This document shows, piece after piece, positions 1-8,441 of a DNA stretch of 64,000 nt (position 1 is the stretch's first letter; each line of letters opens with the position of its first letter). Origin of the DNA: an uncultured virus (IMG/VR IMGVR_UViG_3300010051_000510) (taxonomy: Duplodnaviria > Heunggongvirae > Uroviricota > Caudoviricetes); the IMG/VR virus record IMGVR_UViG_3300010051_000510. One strand, written 5' to 3'. Under the pieces are notes generated by a model. It had not been told where the DNA came from. It saw nothing but the letters and a program-made list of their open reading frames with translations, and did not search any database. Made by a program: the position numbers and the translations under genes.

Positions 1-186
1 CTCAAGAAGGCCGAGGAGGAGAAGGCCAAGAAGAACGCCGGGCGCTGCCCCGGCTCCGGCATGCAAGGCGAAGGTGTCGACTGGACCAGGTACCGCCCCT
101 ACGGCCGCTGCCCGCAATGCGGCGGCGCCTACGGCGTCTCCAGGAACGGGAAGCTGCGCCCGCACAAACCCGACAACGGCAAGTAG
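1..186 (+). CDS. 3' end of a gene truncated by the window edge; C-terminal Zn-finger-like motif
   Basis: Open frame from base 1 to TAG at 184-186: ...RCPGSG...GRCPQCG...LRPH; GC3-rich codons. Confidence 0.7.
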   Translation, partial: LKKAEEEKAKKNAGRCPGSGMQGEGVDWTRYRPYGRCPQCGGAYGVSRNGKLRPHKPDNGK

Positions 187-516
187 CTCAGCGTCGCCGG
201 CGCGCGCCACTGCGCGTCTGCCGCGACAGCGCGGTCATCCTCGCCATCCGCTGCTCGGTCTGGGAGCGCTCACGCGCGGATGAGACACGAAGATCGCGAT
301 GGAAGTCGAGGATCGCCTGCGAGATCGCGGCGTCCCCGGCGCGGCGGGTACGACTGACAGAAGACATCCTCACGGTGCTACCAGACCGCCAGAGCCCGTA
401 AACCAAGCCCGGCCGCGTCTCAGCGGCCGGGTCCCACAATCAGAACGTACAGCCACCGTATCCGCCGCGCACAAGTTCTCATCTACTGCATGCCAGGCGC
501 GGTAAGTCCTAGCAGG

Positions 517-861
517 ATGTCAGCGCGACTTTACGTGATGATGGGAGCCGCGGCGGTGCTGCTGGTGCTCGCGCTGCCGTTGAAGATGTGGGTGTCCGGC
601 AAAGCCGACCACGCCCGCCGCGCCCTGGACAATACCCAGCACGCCCAGCAGGCTGCGATCGCCCAGACCGGACGTCCACAGCCTCAGCTGCTGAACTTGC
701 AGCTGTACGACCCCCAATGGGACCCGCACCTGGCCCGGACCGCCGGCGTGCGAGTGAAGCTGTTCGACAGCGGCCGCTGCTACGAGCTGACGGTCGGCGA
801 CGGCCGCGACGCGCTGAGACGCACCGGCTGCGCACCGGAACGCAACCCCGCCGGTCGCTGA
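517..861 (+). CDS. small secreted or membrane-anchored protein
   Basis: N-terminal hydrophobic segment (AAAVLLVLALPL) and a Cys pair; start chosen at ATG 517. Confidence 0.55.
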   Translation: MSARLYVMMGAAAVLLVLALPLKMWVSGKADHARRALDNTQHAQQAAIAQTGRPQPQLLNLQLYDPQWDPHLARTAGVRVKLFDSGRCYELTVGDGRDALRRTGCAPERNPAGR

Positions 862-968
862 ACCCGCCAAGTTCTCCCGCGGTGAGCTGCGCGTACGCGC
901 GCGGGCGAGGAACGCGGATAGCGTGCAGGGCAGAGACGGCATCTGACACGTCTCGAAGGACCAACCCA

Positions 969-1310
969 ATGAAGACTCACTCATCCACCCGCCGCTTGCG
1001 GGTCCTCAAGGGCGGCTGGCTGCCCAAACTTCAACCGATCCCGATCGACGGGAGCACCGCGGGCCGCTGGGCCCTGGACGGCTACGCCGACCTGTTCCTG
1101 TTCCGCCGCGACGACGACCGCCGCTGGGTGATCTGGTCGCCCGCCGGCAGCAGCGCCGAACGGATCCTCACCGAGCACGGCCTCGCCGACCGCACCTTCC
1201 AGACCCGCAAAGCCGCTTTGCAGGCGGCCGCTCCGATCATCCACCTCACCCAGGACGACCAGCCCGCTGAGTCCGAAGACAGCCTCACCGCGCTCTTCGC
1301 CGCCGCGTGA
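969..1310 (+). CDS. WL-GL-F-TRR paralog family protein (single module)
   Basis: ILTEHGLADRTFQTRKAALQAA matches the family motif; CGGATAGCGTG motif at 915-925. Confidence 0.7.
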   Translation: MKTHSSTRRLRVLKGGWLPKLQPIPIDGSTAGRWALDGYADLFLFRRDDDRRWVIWSPAGSSAERILTEHGLADRTFQTRKAALQAAAPIIHLTQDDQPAESEDSLTALFAAA

Positions 1311-1382
1311 CCTCCCGCGTATGATGACCGACCATCCTCACGCGCAGCTGCCGGCCGGGCCCGCAACGGGTAGGTTCGCAGC

Positions 1383-2063
1383 ATGAGCATCCTGATCGCC
1401 GGCGCGGGCTCCGGCCTTCCCTCCCGTGGCCACAGGATCCCCGCGGGCGCGCCCGGGCTCAGCATGCTCCCTGGCGCCGCGGACATCCCCGACCCTGAAG
1501 CGGTGCTGGCCCACCAGGTTCTGACCACCGTGCTGTGGATGTCGCGGCGCACCGCCAGGATCGCCGAAGGCCCCTACGACACCTCCGTCGACGCGGCTGG
1601 ACGCAAAGCGCTGCAGGCGGCCGCCGCCAAGCTCGCCAAGCATCCCGAGAAGCTGCTGGAGAAGGTCAACGCCGGCGGCCTGACCCAGCAGGACTTCGAC
1701 GTCAAAGCGCGGGTTCTGGCTCGTGCGATCTGGCGTATGGAAGGGGCCCTGGCGATCGACGATCCGCTCAGCGCCGTCGACGTCGAAACCGAGGCCGGCT
1801 CCCCGCCCGCCGGTGACCCGCTCACGAACGACGATGCGATGAACGACCTGCTCGCCCAGATCTACCAGCACCTCGCCGGCCAGACGATCCCGGTGGCGGT
1901 CACCCGCGACCGCAAGATGTACGTCGTCCGCGCCGGCAACGCGGAGATGGGCAGCGTCGCGCTGGCCCGCCGAACGAGGCTGAGCGACGCGCGCGGCATC
2001 GCCGACACCGTCGGACGCACCATGCGCGAAGTCAGCAAGTTCCATCGCCGCTACCACAGCTGA
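1383..2063 (+). CDS. hypothetical protein
   Basis: TAGGTT 6 nt before ATG; GC3-rich coding frame. Confidence 0.7.
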   Translation: MSILIAGAGSGLPSRGHRIPAGAPGLSMLPGAADIPDPEAVLAHQVLTTVLWMSRRTARIAEGPYDTSVDAAGRKALQAAAAKLAKHPEKLLEKVNAGGLTQQDFDVKARVLARAIWRMEGALAIDDPLSAVDVETEAGSPPAGDPLTNDDAMNDLLAQIYQHLAGQTIPVAVTRDRKMYVVRAGNAEMGSVALARRTRLSDARGIADTVGRTMREVSKFHRRYHS

Positions 2064-2146
2064 CCAGCACGGCGACCGCGCCCTGACAAGTCTCCCTGTC
2101 GCGGCGGGAAGACCACGAACTGCGGTGGTCCGCGTCACATGAACCG

Positions 2147-2157
2147 CGGATAACGTG
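2147..2157 (+). promoter_or_regulatory. representative leaderless promoter motif CGGATAACGTG
   Basis: TAACGT at 2151-2156, 6 nt before ATG 2163; one of about 50 similar copies. Confidence 0.75.
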
Positions 2158-2162
2158 CGTTC

Positions 2163-3014
2163 ATGAAAGCACGCGCTCTCGGGCTGGCCGCCCTGCTATC
2201 TGTGACCTTCGCCGCTTCGGCCGGCGCCGCCTCGCCCGCCATCGGGCCCCTGAGCGCCGAGCAGGTCGACCAGGCGCTGGCGGTCGCCACCGCGCATTGG
2301 CCGGCGAATCCCTGCGGCGGCGTGTTCACCGTCCAGGCCAGCAGCCACGCGGTGCTGGACCCTCTGTACCGAGGCGACGACCCCGCCTACGACACCGGCA
2401 CCATGGGCGACGCGATCGTCGGCGGCGCCGCCCGGGGCATCTGCACGGTGCGGATCGCCGCCGACGACTCCCGCTGGACGCAGGCGAGCCTGTGCGACAC
2501 CCTCGAACATGAGATCGGGCATCTGCTCGGCCTCTACCACTCCCAGGACCCCAACGATGTGATGAGCCTCACCGGACCCGTCCAAGCTGACTGCGCCGCC
2601 GCGTTCCCCGCCCGCAAACCGGCTGCCGCTCCCGCGCCGCCCGCACCGCCCGTCACCCAGGCGCCGGCGTTCCCGACCCCGTCGGTGAAGGTCCGCTACA
2701 GCTACCAGACGATCAGCGTGACCGTCCCGCGGATCCCGCCGGGCGCCGAACTGGTCATCACCGGCCTGATCATCGACGACAACTGGAACATCACCGACAG
2801 CTACCAGGTCACCTCCGATCAGCGCACGGTGCTGCTGCCGATCATCGCCGGTGTGACCAGCATCGACGTGCGCTTCCAGGACGTCAACGATCCCGACCTG
2901 GCCGGCGGCGGGATCACGGTGGCGGTCTTTGACCGCAACATCAAGCCCAAGGCCGGGCAGCGCGCCCGGCGCGCCGTCAGCTTCGAGCGGAGCGGCCGCC
3001 ACGCGCGCGGATAA
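2163..3014 (+). CDS. secreted matrixin-like (M10/metzincin) zinc metallopeptidase
   Basis: Signal peptide; HEIGHLLGLYHSQDPNDVM (HExxHxxGxxH plus Met-turn); Pro-rich linker; beta-rich C-terminal domain. Confidence 0.85.
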   Translation: MKARALGLAALLSVTFAASAGAASPAIGPLSAEQVDQALAVATAHWPANPCGGVFTVQASSHAVLDPLYRGDDPAYDTGTMGDAIVGGAARGICTVRIAADDSRWTQASLCDTLEHEIGHLLGLYHSQDPNDVMSLTGPVQADCAAAFPARKPAAAPAPPAPPVTQAPAFPTPSVKVRYSYQTISVTVPRIPPGAELVITGLIIDDNWNITDSYQVTSDQRTVLLPIIAGVTSIDVRFQDVNDPDLAGGGITVAVFDRNIKPKAGQRARRAVSFERSGRHARG

Positions 3015-3018
3015 GGTG
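3008..3018 (+). promoter_or_regulatory. leaderless promoter motif CGGATAAGGTG
   Basis: TAAGGT at 3012-3017, 6 nt before ATG 3024; overlaps the upstream TAA stop. Confidence 0.75.
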
Positions 3019-3023
3019 AAGTC

Positions 3024-3650
3024 ATGAACGATCTTCCGCTCTTCTACTCCGGCCGGGTCCGCAAGGCGCTTCATTGGATGGAGCGCAACAACCGCGGCAC
3101 AAGCCGCAAGGGCGCGGACGTCCCCTACTCGATGCATCCGATCTCGGTGTGGGCGCTGGGTATCGCCGTCGGCGCCGACGACGATCTGCAGATCGCGCTG
3201 ATCCTGCACGACGAGGTGGAGGACAACGACGTCACGCTCACGCAGATCAACGACGAGTTCGGCGCGAAGGTCACCCGTATCGTCTCCGCGCTGACCAAGC
3301 GCAAGACCGACGATCGGGGCAACGCGCTCAGCCGCGAGCAGGTGCATCGGATCACCGAGGAGAAGATGGCCGCGGCGGACGCCGACGAGGCCGCCGGGAA
3401 GGGCTGCGACCTCGCGATCAACCTCACCGACATCGTCCTGGACTGCCGCCAGCACGGCAGCGATCATCTGCTGGTGGTGTTCAAGAGCGCGGAGAAGATC
3501 GAGTTCAAGCTCGACCACTACCTCCGTCTGGCCGATATCATCATCGGCCGCCTGTCCTACTTCGGCGCCTACCCGAAGCTGATCGCCGAGCTGCGCGCCC
3601 GCGCCGCCGACGTGGCCCGCATCCGCGACGAGTGGCTCGCCGGCCGCTAG
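3024..3650 (+). CDS. HD-domain small alarmone hydrolase-like protein (MESH1/SpoT-HD family)
   Basis: RKGADVPYSMHP, LHDEVED, FGAKVTRIVSALTK and KGCD motifs. Confidence 0.85.
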   Translation: MNDLPLFYSGRVRKALHWMERNNRGTSRKGADVPYSMHPISVWALGIAVGADDDLQIALILHDEVEDNDVTLTQINDEFGAKVTRIVSALTKRKTDDRGNALSREQVHRITEEKMAAADADEAAGKGCDLAINLTDIVLDCRQHGSDHLLVVFKSAEKIEFKLDHYLRLADIIIGRLSYFGAYPKLIAELRARAADVARIRDEWLAGR

Positions 3651-3664
3651 AAAGGACGAGCGTC

Positions 3665-4429
3665 ATGACCTCCACCGCCGCCATCAACCTGACCGAGGAA
3701 TCCGGTCTGTTCTGCGGCGGGAGCGTGCAGCTGATCAGCCGCCGCTGGTACCCCGGCCGCCAGGGCGACCTGTTCGTCGCCCTTGACGGAGGCCCGTTCG
3801 TCGAGATGATCGGCGAGGGTTTCAGCGGCACCCGCGACAGCTACCACGTCACCACCGCAGGCCGCGACGGAGACCGCCACGACCTGGACGTCACCCCGGA
3901 ACGCGTCATCTACGACGACGTGATCCTGACCGAGACAGCCGCTCCCGCGGCGGTGGACCACGTGCCTCTTCCGCACGTCCGCCAGCCGCTGCGGCTGCTG
4001 ATCGACCGCGACCTTGGCACCGTGCTGTACGTCAGCACCGACCGCTACTACGACAGCATCTACACCCAAGGGCGCGTCTTCATCAGCGAGGGCGGCTTCG
4101 ACGCCGACGGCGTCGCGCAGCTTCGCCGGATCGACCTGCGCGACGTGCAGATGTTCCGCGACGGCGGCACCACCATCTACACGACCGCTGAGGACACCCT
4201 GCATCTGCCGGCCCCCATGGGCATGCGAAGCTACGGACTGGCGAACACCTGGACGGCCAACGAGGATGTCAAGCGCGAGGTCAGCGAGCTGAACCTCGAC
4301 CGCTTCGCCATCCAGGAGACCTCCGGTTCGGCGACGGTCACCTTCCGCCGCGACATGACGGATCTGCCCGAGGAGGCGTTCCTCTCCCAGCCGCAGGCCC
4401 CGGCCGGCCGCGGTCGCGGGGCGCGCTGA
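3665..4429 (+). CDS. hypothetical protein (RDGGTT motif)
   Basis: AAAGGA SD before ATG 3665; TGATG coupling to the next gene. Confidence 0.75.
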   Translation: MTSTAAINLTEESGLFCGGSVQLISRRWYPGRQGDLFVALDGGPFVEMIGEGFSGTRDSYHVTTAGRDGDRHDLDVTPERVIYDDVILTETAAPAAVDHVPLPHVRQPLRLLIDRDLGTVLYVSTDRYYDSIYTQGRVFISEGGFDADGVAQLRRIDLRDVQMFRDGGTTIYTTAEDTLHLPAPMGMRSYGLANTWTANEDVKREVSELNLDRFAIQETSGSATVTFRRDMTDLPEEAFLSQPQAPAGRGRGAR

Positions 4430-4815
4430 TGCGGGTCAAGGATCTGATCGAAGGCGAGCAGTACGTCTGCAGCTACGGCCGCGCGACCGCGTTCAAGGCG
4501 GACGGGAGGTGGCGCATGCGCGTTGACGAGCCAGCCTTCCGCTCCATGAAAGCGGGGGCGACGCTGCCGGCGGAGGGCTCGTCGATCTACCGTTCCGCCG
4601 CCGACCATGACCGGAAGGAAGCCGTCGCACGGCGCAACGAGGCGACAGCCGCCCGGTTGGAGGCGGCGCTCGGCGGGCTGGTACTCCCCCCGCCCGCTCA
4701 CGCCGACGGCGAACCGCTGTTTGAGCTGCACGTCAGCCCGCAGACGGCGGAGATGCTGCTGAAGCTGGTGGAAGGCCAGCCCGATCAGAACCCGCTGGCG
4801 GAGCTGTTCGGATGA
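4429..4815 (+). CDS. hypothetical protein
   Basis: Stop/start overlaps on both sides. Confidence 0.7.
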   Translation: MRVKDLIEGEQYVCSYGRATAFKADGRWRMRVDEPAFRSMKAGATLPAEGSSIYRSAADHDRKEAVARRNEATAARLEAALGGLVLPPPAHADGEPLFELHVSPQTAEMLLKLVEGQPDQNPLAELFG

Positions 4816-5345
4816 ACGGGCCGCACACCCACTGCCACCTCTGCGGCAGCCCGTTAACCGGGGCCCGGTTCCCGAAGACCTGCCTGCGCTACGGGCATCC
4901 CAACTATCTGAACCCGCTGCCGGTCGCGGTGATGCTCGCCCCGACCACCCAGGGCCGTCTGGTGCTGGTGCGCCGGGCGGTCGAGCCGGTCGGGCTGGCG
5001 CTGCCGGGCGGGTTCATCGACGCCAACCCGCGCGCGGACGGAAGCGTGGAGACCTGGCAGCAGGCGGCGGCTCGTGAGCTGGCCGAGGAGACCGGCGCCG
5101 AAGCGGACGCCGACAGCGTTGATCTGCTGGACGTGATCAGCGCCCCGGACGGCACCGTTCTGATCTTCGGCTCCTGCGCCCCGCTGGAGGAGGAGCGGAT
5201 CGACGCCGCGGGCGCCGGCACCCCGCAGGAGATCTCCGGGGTGGAGCTGCTGACCAGCGGCGAGGTGCTGACCCGGCTGGGCGAGATCGTCTTCCCGATC
5301 CACCGTCAGGTGATCGCCCGCAACATTTACGCGCTCATCGGCTGA
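4812..5345 (+). CDS. NUDIX hydrolase with N-terminal Zn-ribbon
   Basis: HCHLCG...YLNPLPVAV; LPGGFID...ETWQQAAARELAEETG Nudix box. Confidence 0.9.
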   Translation: MNGPHTHCHLCGSPLTGARFPKTCLRYGHPNYLNPLPVAVMLAPTTQGRLVLVRRAVEPVGLALPGGFIDANPRADGSVETWQQAAARELAEETGAEADADSVDLLDVISAPDGTVLIFGSCAPLEEERIDAAGAGTPQEISGVELLTSGEVLTRLGEIVFPIHRQVIARNIYALIG

Positions 5346-5370
5346 CCCTGAACGCTGATAGCGTGCGTCC

Positions 5371-5712
5371 ATGAGCGTCACCTACGATCCACATATGCCG
5401 CGCACGCTGAGGGTCCATGACATCTTCGGCGCGTACTGCTCCGAGCACGGCTACGGCCATCGGGTGATGTGCCCGGGCTGCTCGGGCTCCAACCCCGCCA
5501 CAGCCGGACAGCAGACGGGCGCCGTTATGTCGACCGAGAAGCGAACGGGCCGCGGCCACGGCAGCAGCTACGACCCGCACATGCCCCGCACCATCAAGGT
5601 CGATCCGACCTGGGGCGCGTACTGCTCCGAGCACGGCTACGGCCATCGGGTGATGTGCCCGGGATGTTCGGGCCGCAACGTCGCGCCGGCCAGGGAGGTC
5701 ACCGTCTCATGA
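5371..5712 (+). CDS. small protein with two tandem Cys/His metal-binding repeats
   Basis: YDPHMPRT..V...GAYCSEHGYGHRVMCPGCSG occurs twice; TAGCGT 6 nt upstream. Confidence 0.85.
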   Translation: MSVTYDPHMPRTLRVHDIFGAYCSEHGYGHRVMCPGCSGSNPATAGQQTGAVMSTEKRTGRGHGSSYDPHMPRTIKVDPTWGAYCSEHGYGHRVMCPGCSGRNVAPAREVTVS

Positions 5713-6092
5713 CCACGGCCACCGTCGAGTACTTCGCCGTCCCGGCGCCCGGCAAGCCGGTCACGCTGCGGCTGACGCGGCAGCTCGCCGACGAGTTCAT
5801 CAGCTCCGACTGGGCCGACAGCCATGAGGACAATCCAAGGATCGGCCGTGAGCTGCACGCCCTGCTGGACGAGGGCGCAGACACGCTCGCGGTGACGTTC
5901 GCCGGCGGCGAGCTGAACGCCCTGATGGTCGACCGGGTCCGAGTGCCCGGTGTCAAGCATCCCCGCCGCGCCGTGCAAGCCGACGATGTCGTCTTCATCC
6001 GCTGCGCGGAGATCGCCGCCGGCGAGATCGGCGTCGAAGCCCGCAACCTGATCCTCGACCCGCTGCCCGACGCTCAGCCCACCGTCCGCTGA
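5709..6092 (+). CDS. hypothetical protein
   Basis: ATGA overlap with the upstream gene. Confidence 0.7.
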   Translation: MTTATVEYFAVPAPGKPVTLRLTRQLADEFISSDWADSHEDNPRIGRELHALLDEGADTLAVTFAGGELNALMVDRVRVPGVKHPRRAVQADDVVFIRCAEIAAGEIGVEARNLILDPLPDAQPTVR

Positions 6093-6107
6093 CCAGCGGG
6101 CCGCGAC

Positions 6108-6494
6108 TCAGACGCCGTCTTCGACCAGCAGATTGAACGGGTTGCACAGGTAGGCAGGGGCGGCGACCGTCAGGAACACCCGACGCGCTTTGCCGGCCAG
6201 CGCCTCATGCGCGCGCCGGGCGGCGTCTCGGGAGCGGACGCTGGTGATCATCGCGCCCTGCTCGCCGAAGAACCCGACCATCCAATGATGCGGGGCGTGC
6301 AGAGCCAACCACACCAGGCCCGCTTCCAGGTCAGCGCGCTGCATCCTTCGCGCATGATCCAGGCAACCGTCGATGGTCACCGTCGACCAGACCTGCTCGC
6401 AGTCGTCCAGCAGCCGGCCCAGATGCGCGAGGCCGCGCTCATGGTTCAGTTCGACGCAGGCGCCCCAGGGCATCCGCTGCTCACGACCAGGCAT
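6108..6494 (-). CDS. hypothetical protein
   Basis: TAGGTT 6 nt before ATG on the - strand. Confidence 0.65.
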   Translation of the reverse strand: MPGREQRMPWGACVELNHERGLAHLGRLLDDCEQVWSTVTIDGCLDHARRMQRADLEAGLVWLALHAPHHWMVGFFGEQGAMITSVRSRDAARRAHEALAGKARRVFLTVAAPAYLCNPFNLLVEDGV

Positions 6495-6511
6495 ACGTTC
6501 AACCTAACTCT

Positions 6512-6823
6512 GTGACCGCCGCCGCTGACAGCCGTCCTGACGCTCACTGCGCGCCCCGGACCCGGGCGTGGCGCAACCCGCTGCGCCTACGCCGCCTGAA
6601 ATCGGACGGGTCGACGTGGGGTGCGTGGCTGACCGCCGACGGGCAGTTCAGGATCATCCGCTCGTGCGAGCGTGGCACACCGTGGATCATCCGGCCCGCC
6701 GACGGCCGGGTCGGCGGTGAAGACTGGATGTGGCTGATGCGCTGCCAGCTGGTCAGCCCGCGGTTTGCGACGCGCCGCGCCGCTCTCACCGCGCTCGCTG
6801 CCGCGCTCGCCCTCCACGAGTAG
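6512..6823 (+). CDS. WL-GL-F-TRR paralog family protein (single module)
   Basis: WLMRCQLVSPRFATRRAALTALAAALAL. Confidence 0.65.
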   Translation: MTAAADSRPDAHCAPRTRAWRNPLRLRRLKSDGSTWGAWLTADGQFRIIRSCERGTPWIIRPADGRVGGEDWMWLMRCQLVSPRFATRRAALTALAAALALHE

Positions 6824-6840
6824 CGCGGCCCGCTGGGTCG

Positions 6841-7245
6841 TCAGCTGGTGTGATGTCCGAGCTGGCGCAGCGACCGCTGCTTGTCGCGTTTGGTGCGATC
6901 GAAGTAGTCGCTCAGCGGCTCAGTCGTCGAAGTGGTGAAGATGACGCCGGTGCGTGATTGGTCGATGATCGCGACCAGCTGCTCGTCGGCGAGCGCTTGG
7001 ATGTCCTCGCGACGCCAGGCGCCGCGCGCGACGGTTCGCCAGGTGCGATCGTCGGGCTGCTGCGCGCGCAGGACGCCCTGGGCGACGGTGTCCAGCTCAT
7101 CCAGCTGCAAGGTGTGTCCGCCGGCGCCGGCGGCGATGACCGCGGGGCGCAGCGTGTCAAGCCGTCGATGAGCGGCCGGCCAACGCGGTTTGGGTTTCGC
7201 CGCAGCGGCAGGCTTCGGGCGTTTCTTCTTGACGAGCCGGGCCAC
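6841..7245 (-). CDS. hypothetical protein
   Basis: GTG start 5 nt after TAGGTT; divergent from the 7302 gene. Confidence 0.6.
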   Translation of the reverse strand: MARLVKKKRPKPAAAAKPKPRWPAAHRRLDTLRPAVIAAGAGGHTLQLDELDTVAQGVLRAQQPDDRTWRTVARGAWRREDIQALADEQLVAIIDQSRTGVIFTTSTTEPLSDYFDRTKRDKQRSLRQLGHHTS

Positions 7246-7301
7246 CGTTGAACCTACGGCCGGCCGGCCGCGACCGCGCACGCTGGAGATAACGTGGTGG
7301 T

Positions 7302-7775
7302 ATGGCGAAGAGAACCGCGTCTCGTCCGCGTCGCAAGCCGATCAAGGTCGAAGTCGGCTTGCAGGTCGAATGGTCCCGCTGTGACGCGGAGGTCATCTCG
7401 GTCAGCGAGGAGGTCACCAACTACGACGGGAAGGTCGTCGCGACCAACGGGGTGCGGCTCCGCTACGAGAATCACGGCCGCGTTGTCGAGCAGACCTTCA
7501 AGCGCGATTACTTCCTGCGTGCTCTCAAGCCGTTGGGGTTCAGCCGCGAGCGGGCGCGGCGCAGCGACCGGCTGTCCGAGCAGGCCGATGACGTTCTGCG
7601 CGCCGTCGGGGAGCACCCCGGCTACGGCACGCGGGAGGTGTTCGTCGCCAAGATGGACAAGGGCCAGCCGTGTGTGCAGCTGCTGCTCACCGAGGAGGGC
7701 ATGGACGCGCTGCACCGGCTCGTCACCGGCCGCGACGACGACGCCGACCTCAAAGATGCCCTAGGCCTGGCGTAA
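7302..7775 (+). CDS. hypothetical protein
   Basis: GATAACGT 6 nt before ATG; good codon bias. Confidence 0.75.
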   Translation: MAKRTASRPRRKPIKVEVGLQVEWSRCDAEVISVSEEVTNYDGKVVATNGVRLRYENHGRVVEQTFKRDYFLRALKPLGFSRERARRSDRLSEQADDVLRAVGEHPGYGTREVFVAKMDKGQPCVQLLLTEEGMDALHRLVTGRDDDADLKDALGLA

Positions 7776-7814
7776 GCCGCCGGCCGCCCGCCCCGCGCGG
7801 ATAATGTGACGACA

Positions 7815-8390
7815 ATGAGCCTTCCCGACATGCCCGCCGAGCGGGAGAAGACGGTCAGCGACATCGTCCGCGAATCCCGCCGCTGGCCGCGCGCGTTCAT
7901 CGCCTCCAACCTGCACACGTCGCATGCGTGGCCGTTCGCGGTCGCCCGGATCCTCAGCGACCCGCAGCGGCGTCCCGCGCTGATCCTCGCCAGCAGAGCG
8001 GTGATGAAGCATCGCTGCGACCAGCTGCGCGAGCTGATGCCCGGCACCCTCATCGAGCTGATCTCCACGACCGAGCCGGCGGACCTCACCGGGGCTGAGG
8101 TGATCGTCATGCCGATCCATCTGCTGCGCTTCTGGGAAGACGCGCTCATCAAGCTGCGCCCGCAAACGCTGATCAGCATGGACTCCCATCCGGGCCGCCC
8201 GGGCACCCAGTCCATCCGGGCGTTCTCCAACCTCGCCGCTGGCGTCCCGCGTGTGCTGATGCGCGTCAGCGCGGAGCACACGCCGAACCAGCTGACGGAT
8301 CTCGCGCAGGCGGCCGCGTTCCGGTTCGACCCGCCAGTCGACGCCAACGGCCGGGCGGATCTGACCGGCCAGCCGGTCATCCAGGTCTGA
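7815..8390 (+). CDS. degenerate SNF2-like ATPase N-terminal domain fragment
   Basis: PALILASRAVMKHRCDQLRELMPG / AEVIVMPIHLLR / TLISMDSH / VSAEHTPNQLTDL parallel SNF2 motifs Ia to III; no Walker A. Confidence 0.5.
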   Translation: MSLPDMPAEREKTVSDIVRESRRWPRAFIASNLHTSHAWPFAVARILSDPQRRPALILASRAVMKHRCDQLRELMPGTLIELISTTEPADLTGAEVIVMPIHLLRFWEDALIKLRPQTLISMDSHPGRPGTQSIRAFSNLAAGVPRVLMRVSAEHTPNQLTDLAQAAAFRFDPPVDANGRADLTGQPVIQV

Positions 8391-8441
8391 CCTGCGGGTC
8401 GGCAGGCCCCCTCCATGAGGACCCGCCAGCCCGCTAGTCGG

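Noticed and set aside
188..439. Short - strand ORF
   Set aside because: No convincing promoter or SD and low-complexity Arg/Ala composition; cannot be supported.
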